DNA from: Haliotis rufescens
Lineage: Eukaryota
Length of the DNA stretch: 64,000 nt
Assembly (NCBI RefSeq): GCF_023055435.1
Contig: NW_025964361.1
Coordinates: 58,714,001-58,778,000 of the forward strand
Direction of reading: 5' to 3'
The notes below the pieces were generated by a model, which searched no databases, was not told the origin of the DNA, and worked only from the letters and a program-made list of their open reading frames with translations. Numbering within the stretch: the first letter of the stretch is position 1; the number at the start of each line of letters is the position of its first letter. Of the stretch, positions 60,001 through 64,000 are shown piece after piece. The position numbers were made by a program, and so were the translations under genes.

Positions 60001-61547
60001 ATAGCGAGAGGCTGACAAGCTCAGGGTTACTTGCCTCATGTAGTGGTGACCACCATCATCATAGTGAAAAGTCTGACACAAGGAAGTCTGATAAACGGAA
60101 ATCTGATAGCGAGAGGCTGACTAACTCAGGGTCACTTGCATCACGTAGTGATCAGCTTCATCATAATGAGAGGTTTGACACACAAAAGTCTCACACAAGG
60201 AAGTCTGATAAATGGAAATCTGATAGCGAGAGGCTGACTAACTCAGGGTTACTTGCCTCATGTAGTGGTGACCACCATCATCATAGTGAGAAGCCTGACA
60301 CAAGGAAGTCTGATAAACGGAAATCTGATAGCGAGAGGCTGACAAGCTCAGGGTCACTTGCCTCACATAGTGGTGATAAGCATCATCACAGTAAGAGGTC
60401 TGACACACGAACATCCGACACAAGGAAGTCTGATAAATGGAAATCTGATAGCGAGAGGTCGATCAGCTCAGAGGTACTTGCATCACGTAGTGATCAGCTC
60501 CATCATAATGAGAGGTTTGACACACAAAAGTCTGACACAAGGAAGTCTGATCAACAGAAATCTGATAGCGAGAGGCTGACTAACTCAGGGTTACTTGCCT
60601 CATGTAGTGGTGACCACCATCATCATAGTGAGAAGCCTGACACAAGGAAGTCTGATAAACGGAAATCTGATAGCGAGAGGCTGACAAGCTCAGGGTTACT
60701 TGCCTCATGTAGTGGTGACCACCATCATCATAGAAAAAAGTCTGACACAAGGAAGTCTGATAAACGGAAATCTGATAGCGAGAGGCTGACTAACTCAGGG
60801 TTACTTGCCTCATGTAGTGGTGACCACCATCATCATAGTGAGAAGCCTGACACAAGGAAGCCTGATAAACGGAAATCTGATAGCGAGAGGCTGACAAGCT
60901 CAGGGTTACTTGCCTCATGTAGTGGTGACCACCATCATCATAGAAAAAAGTCTGACACAAGGAAGTCTGATAAACGGAAATCTGATAGCGAGAGGCTGAC
61001 TAACTCAGGGTCACTTGCATCACGTAGTGATCAGCTTCATCATAATGAGAGGTTTTACACCAAAAAGTCTGACACAAGGAAGTCTGATAAACGGAAATCT
61101 GATAGCGAGAGGCTGACAAGCTCAGGATCACTTGCATCACGTAGTGATCAGCTCCATCATAATGAGAGGTCTGACACACAAAAGTCTGACACAAGGAAGT
61201 CTGATAAACGAAAATCTGATAGCGAGAGGCTGACAAGCTCAGGGTTACCTGCCTCACGTAGTGGTGATCAGAATCATCATAGAGAGGCGTCTGGCACACA
61301 GAAGTCAGAGATGAAAAGGTCGACTCAGCAGGCTCGTAAGCGGAAATCTGATAGACACTGGAAAAATGATTCGAGGCCATTTCAGCACCTCACGCATGGC
61401 TGGCAACCAGACGGACAGCTGTATGGTAGTTGGGAATCTGACGGACTTGATCAACCTTCTTGGGTTTGGACTAATGTGCACAATGGGCAACAAACTCCTG
61501 AATGGCAACAGGAAGGACAACCACATCTTAAACGCCGTAAAGTGTAG
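57021..61547 (+). CDS. 1508-aa protein: N-terminal TIGR04141/DUF6119-like domain with putative PD-(D/E)XK-type nuclease site, His/Ser/Lys-rich tandem repeats, C-terminal NLS
   Basis: Uninterrupted 4.5-kb ORF. Collinear motifs recalled for bacterial TIGR04141/DUF6119 proteins: LLFF..IYALTTG..IDCGF, ITFHKRLSW, FRYCGKWF, LPW, EREYN, LGDNIL..IELFDLL..YLIHVKNGFGNSFRDVCSQIRISA, FVLAY, SKSFISK. Ends LKRRKV*. The frame is open upstream to an AG at 56984-56985, so the true start may lie in an upstream exon. The family call is motif recognition, not a database hit. Confidence 0.85.
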   Translation: MSSSDQVPDCNKKFLLPWVKISKLVTKHKQHMTPEEIINDILKKSSKLHQKTILRQIVDSMEEFHVQLYYSKRQSKVKCKFDSFVAEEERSRQTVNMRIDALLFFYRNVGHEPEIYALTTGCALKLLKGHIDCGFPKYIGRRILGFHLKVLSSKHLFGDKISSYANYWQTESETFLSFWDCLGDITNKYQMPVKKQSSVYTLLTGNKERVVNVEISEDSITFHKRLSWLDISELLTKMSAILDGFVTDAAMDKDDPRFDVFDHVKRVNTKAEMKKYDDKLKTLLAKSLKLLCNPLRLRLMYKDVESWVSADEFLLVMPRAAGTFIQKWEGSPPTLESVLGACRRYAKEKKIHDAALGRLVNDVSIQFACTDTGTYIIRGKAKLTDLIEGHLHTDTGISVFRYCGKWFRIHVEYLTQVEELFSKVMGICNLEQDKLPLPWLYSSSDSKVANVDTNDIKYWITQLNFSECCNPIEDKADFNDFLLNETNVVKVEKQLMARLFSKQREREYNSGYILYNKIPSKRTNGESGFLLGDNILMKNIELFDLLYYTPECTYLIHVKNGFGNSFRDVCSQIRISADFLHCCLNATNRFNFLKEFWKIAANRGKTTYREAVRQMYREVGWYRFEQMFHRKICFVLAYRDIKKSSQRRTFSSASSKKLTKHCGEDTDRLLRNLALKDFLEERQGTYYLTDKIFKLKADIVKDIINVTTRVAKKVASILKERVSKSFISKMEFVQLYSYFRKYSIGNGFSLRICRIQNHTISHFSLPKSSASPVSDWSNTGLSEHDDRLHTYEFHHQGSDHTGLGQQQSHDLQPHRPRSDSQGLTSSGSLTSGSSDHHHHTETSDQQKSDSERLTNSGSLASHSGDHRHHCEKSDTRKSDTRKSDKRKSVRERLSSSGLLASCSGDHHHHSEKPDTRKSDKWKSDSERLTSSGLLASCSGDHHHHSEKSDTRKSDKRKSDSERLTNSGLLASCSGDHHHHSEKPDTRKSDKRKSDSERLTSSGLLASCSGDHHHHSEKSDTRKSDKRKSDSERLTNSGSLASRSDQLHHNERFDTQKSHTRKSDKWKSDSERLTNSGLLASCSGDHHHHSEKPDTRKSDKRKSDSERLTSSGSLASHSGDKHHHSKRSDTRTSDTRKSDKWKSDSERSISSEVLASRSDQLHHNERFDTQKSDTRKSDQQKSDSERLTNSGLLASCSGDHHHHSEKPDTRKSDKRKSDSERLTSSGLLASCSGDHHHHRKKSDTRKSDKRKSDSERLTNSGLLASCSGDHHHHSEKPDTRKPDKRKSDSERLTSSGLLASCSGDHHHHRKKSDTRKSDKRKSDSERLTNSGSLASRSDQLHHNERFYTKKSDTRKSDKRKSDSERLTSSGSLASRSDQLHHNERSDTQKSDTRKSDKRKSDSERLTSSGLPASRSGDQNHHREASGTQKSEMKRSTQQARKRKSDRHWKNDSRPFQHLTHGWQPDGQLYGSWESDGLDQPSWVWTNVHNGQQTPEWQQEGQPHLKRRKV
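59470..61300 (+). repeat. Coding tandem repeat, about 17 units of 105-120 bp (SEKxDTRKSDKRKSDSERLTxSGLLASCSGDHHHH)
   Basis: Directly visible. Each unit contains 15-bp sub-repeats (aagtctgacacaagg/aagtctgataaacgg). All length variants preserve the frame. Confidence 0.95.
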
Positions 61548-63649
61548 CACAACTATGGACGAAGTAGAGACAGACATCATGACCGAAGGTGGCGTGATAG
61601 GAGCGTGCATGAACTGTTCAGACATGCTTAAATGTATTATGTTGCCTTCTTCGAAGTAACAATATGAAATTTGGTTAACACAGCTTTGAACAGTTGCCAT
61701 GTATTTATGATCATGTTCTCCTGCTGGGTTCCATGCAGGTAGCAAAAGTACTGTAAGTCCCTATGGTCCCCAGTGAGGTGATCTATCTTCAGTTGCTGGC
61801 GATCTATAGCCTTTTTTTATATTGTATCGTTAGGTATAGTGACATCTTTTTATGGTTGTATACTAGTTTTAAATAATATTCTGTGATCATCTAGGTATTT
61901 TACTGTCCTTTGTTGACAGGCCGTTATTGTTTAAATGTATATATTATGTATAACTTTTGGTAGTCACGATATGGCTGAAATACTGCCGATGTGACTATAA
62001 ATTTTAACTCACTCACTCACTCACTATGATCATGTTCAATAAGTGTATGTATTAATTATTCAAGTGGTAGGTGTTGAAAGCAGAAGAAACGAAACTAACA
62101 GCACTCAAACGACTGTCAAATTGTTGTGAGATATATCTGATTTCTCACACAATGACAGTGTGGAGCTGGGTGTAAAGATGCTTTCTAAGTTATGTTTTTC
62201 AAATTTTGGTAACAATTGTTTTCTTCAATCAAAAAAGTCAAGTAGTAGATACAAGTTCTTCAGGCTTTGTTCTACATGAAAAGTAATTAAAGTAGGTTAT
62301 TTTCATTGTCATTCAACATGTGCGTGCCAAGGTTCCTTGTCAAGAGAAGAACGATGTAAAATATAAATTGCTCGACTATCATTGTGGATGTAATCAAGTT
62401 AATAGTGTTACTATTACATTATTGATAAGTGATATTGTTTTTTGCAATTTAAATAATAGTTTATTGAACAAGAACGATGGACAAGTAAAACAATGAATTT
62501 GTTGCTTGTGTTTCAGTATTCTTTCAAAATAATCTCTATGATTACACCTGAGGCTAAGAGGATACTCTGGTTATAAAGCATATATAACTTTCAGTGTTTC
62601 TCTATATAACCCTTTTTAGTTGAACTATAAGGTGACACAAACCTTTGCTTTCAAATCTAATCTGTGAAATACTAGATGGCAAGATTCCATTTGGACCATT
62701 ACTGGAAACAGTTGACATCCTTCCCAACTTTTAAATGCGTTTTAATCACATCTTATCAAAGCTAAAAATTGTTTTAAATATGCCATGAAAAATGTGTATG
62801 TGTATGAAAAACATACACAAAATTAATTATGTCTATATTCGCAGCCTTCAATTTTTTGGTGATTTTGTTTTCATCCAATATAATTTTAAGCATATTTTAA
62901 ATGACTTGTTATCAAATATATAGTTTAGTCAACTTGACATCATCAATGTGAGCTTTTGTCATGCGTCATCCATCCTTTAGAACTGAAACTTTATAGTCTC
63001 CTTCTCCAAATGTACTGAACATATCAATATCGGTTTCACGTAACATGTTTTTAATGTACCTAGCTACAACGAAGTATTCTTTTCATTTTGAAAGATTTTA
63101 AATGGCCACAGCAAAAGCTCATTTTAATCCAAAAAATAAAATGTGTGGTCATGGCGCTTCTCGAAATGGTGTCTCTTTTATCAGTTGAATAACTAATTTT
63201 GTTTGCTATATGCTTACTAACACTCCTAATAATAATAAAGTGACAAAACCCTTTCCATATCCCAAAGAAATCTCTGCATAAAGCTGAGTCGATAGTACAA
63301 GAAAAACCCTATGTATTGTAATTTTTCTCTGGAATAAGAAAGGAGGTCTTTGAAGATCAAAGTCATAATGGATAAAGCACTTATAGGACCATTGGCTTAA
63401 CGATACGCTTGAAATGAGTTTGTTGGGGTATGTTTCACCATTTCAGGCTGGGGCGGTGAGGTAGCCTTGTGGTAAAAGCATTCGCTAGTCATGTCGAAGG
63501 CCCATGTTCGATTCCCCACATGGGTACAATGTGTGAAGCCCTTTTCTGGTGTTCTCAACCATGATATTGCTGGAATATTTCTAAAAGCGGCATAAAACCA
63601 TACTAACTCACGCATTACAGGCTGGGCTTTCTAGGGCTTGTGATATTGA

Positions 63650-63920
63650 TAGGTATAATTTGAAAGAATCCCAGGACAAAATGAAAGTACATGATGACAA
63701 AAATTCTCAGGAGAGAAATTTCAGTCCTTGTGATAAAGTCTTGGTGTTTTAATCCAATACCTGGTCAACCATTATGTGCAAGGTACCATGATCCATGTGT
63801 TAGTGATGGGAAAGCCAGTGATACTGACTATGTTGTACAAACACTTGATAATCATAAAAAGACACAGCATTGTCATGTCAATGTGATTAGAAAATATCAT
63901 GAAAGAAATGACAATGGACC
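63650..63920 (+). mobile_element. Gypsy LTR-retrotransposon integrase C-terminal relic
   Basis: NLKESQDKMK..DK..RNFSPCDKVLV followed, after a frameshift, by PIPGQPLCARY..SDTDYVV..KKTQHCHVNVIRKY. This is the GPY/F region downstream of Gypsy integrase. Confidence 0.75.
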
Positions 63921-64000
63921 TACCTGTATGTTGCCACTGTTTATCCAGGAGATATTTTATCAGATTGAGATACTGATGAGAATTGTGACTTTGTAAAGTT

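Noticed and set aside
57021-61547. Bacterial contamination as the explanation for the DUF6119-like ORF
   Set aside because: It is contiguous with host SINEs on both sides, has no operon-like neighbours, and carries a probable intron, an NLS and a low-complexity repeat tail. Long-read confirmation is still needed.

Overview
AT-rich animal genomic DNA with three assembly gaps. The (CACT)n-tailed tRNA-SINEs suggest a gastropod such as abalone; this is an inference. The first 47 kb hold a tandem cluster of five four-exon CYYR1/Shisa-like genes that the ORF track misses because they are spliced. Each encodes a signal peptide, a small 6-Cys ectodomain (C-C-CC-CC), one TM helix and a Pro/Tyr-rich tail. 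A (2382-7913, -), C (15868-22137, +) and E (41434-47310, -) have intact reading frames. D (27960-33578, -) is intact where visible but crosses a gap. B (10181-12670, -) is frameshifted, and orphan exon relics lie near 22.8-23.1 kb. At 50.5-53.8 kb an RNase H-bearing LINE sits inside a Mutator-like element, which sits inside a SINE. The standout is the 1508-codon ORF at 57021-61547. By motif recognition (no search was run), its first ~755 aa match the bacterial mobilome family TIGR04141/DUF6119, with a PD-(D/E)XK-like E..D..HVK..Q site. It is fused to ~17 His/Ser/Lys-rich repeats and a terminal NLS, and is preceded by a probable spliceosomal intron. It is a candidate domesticated bacterial nuclease gene in an animal.
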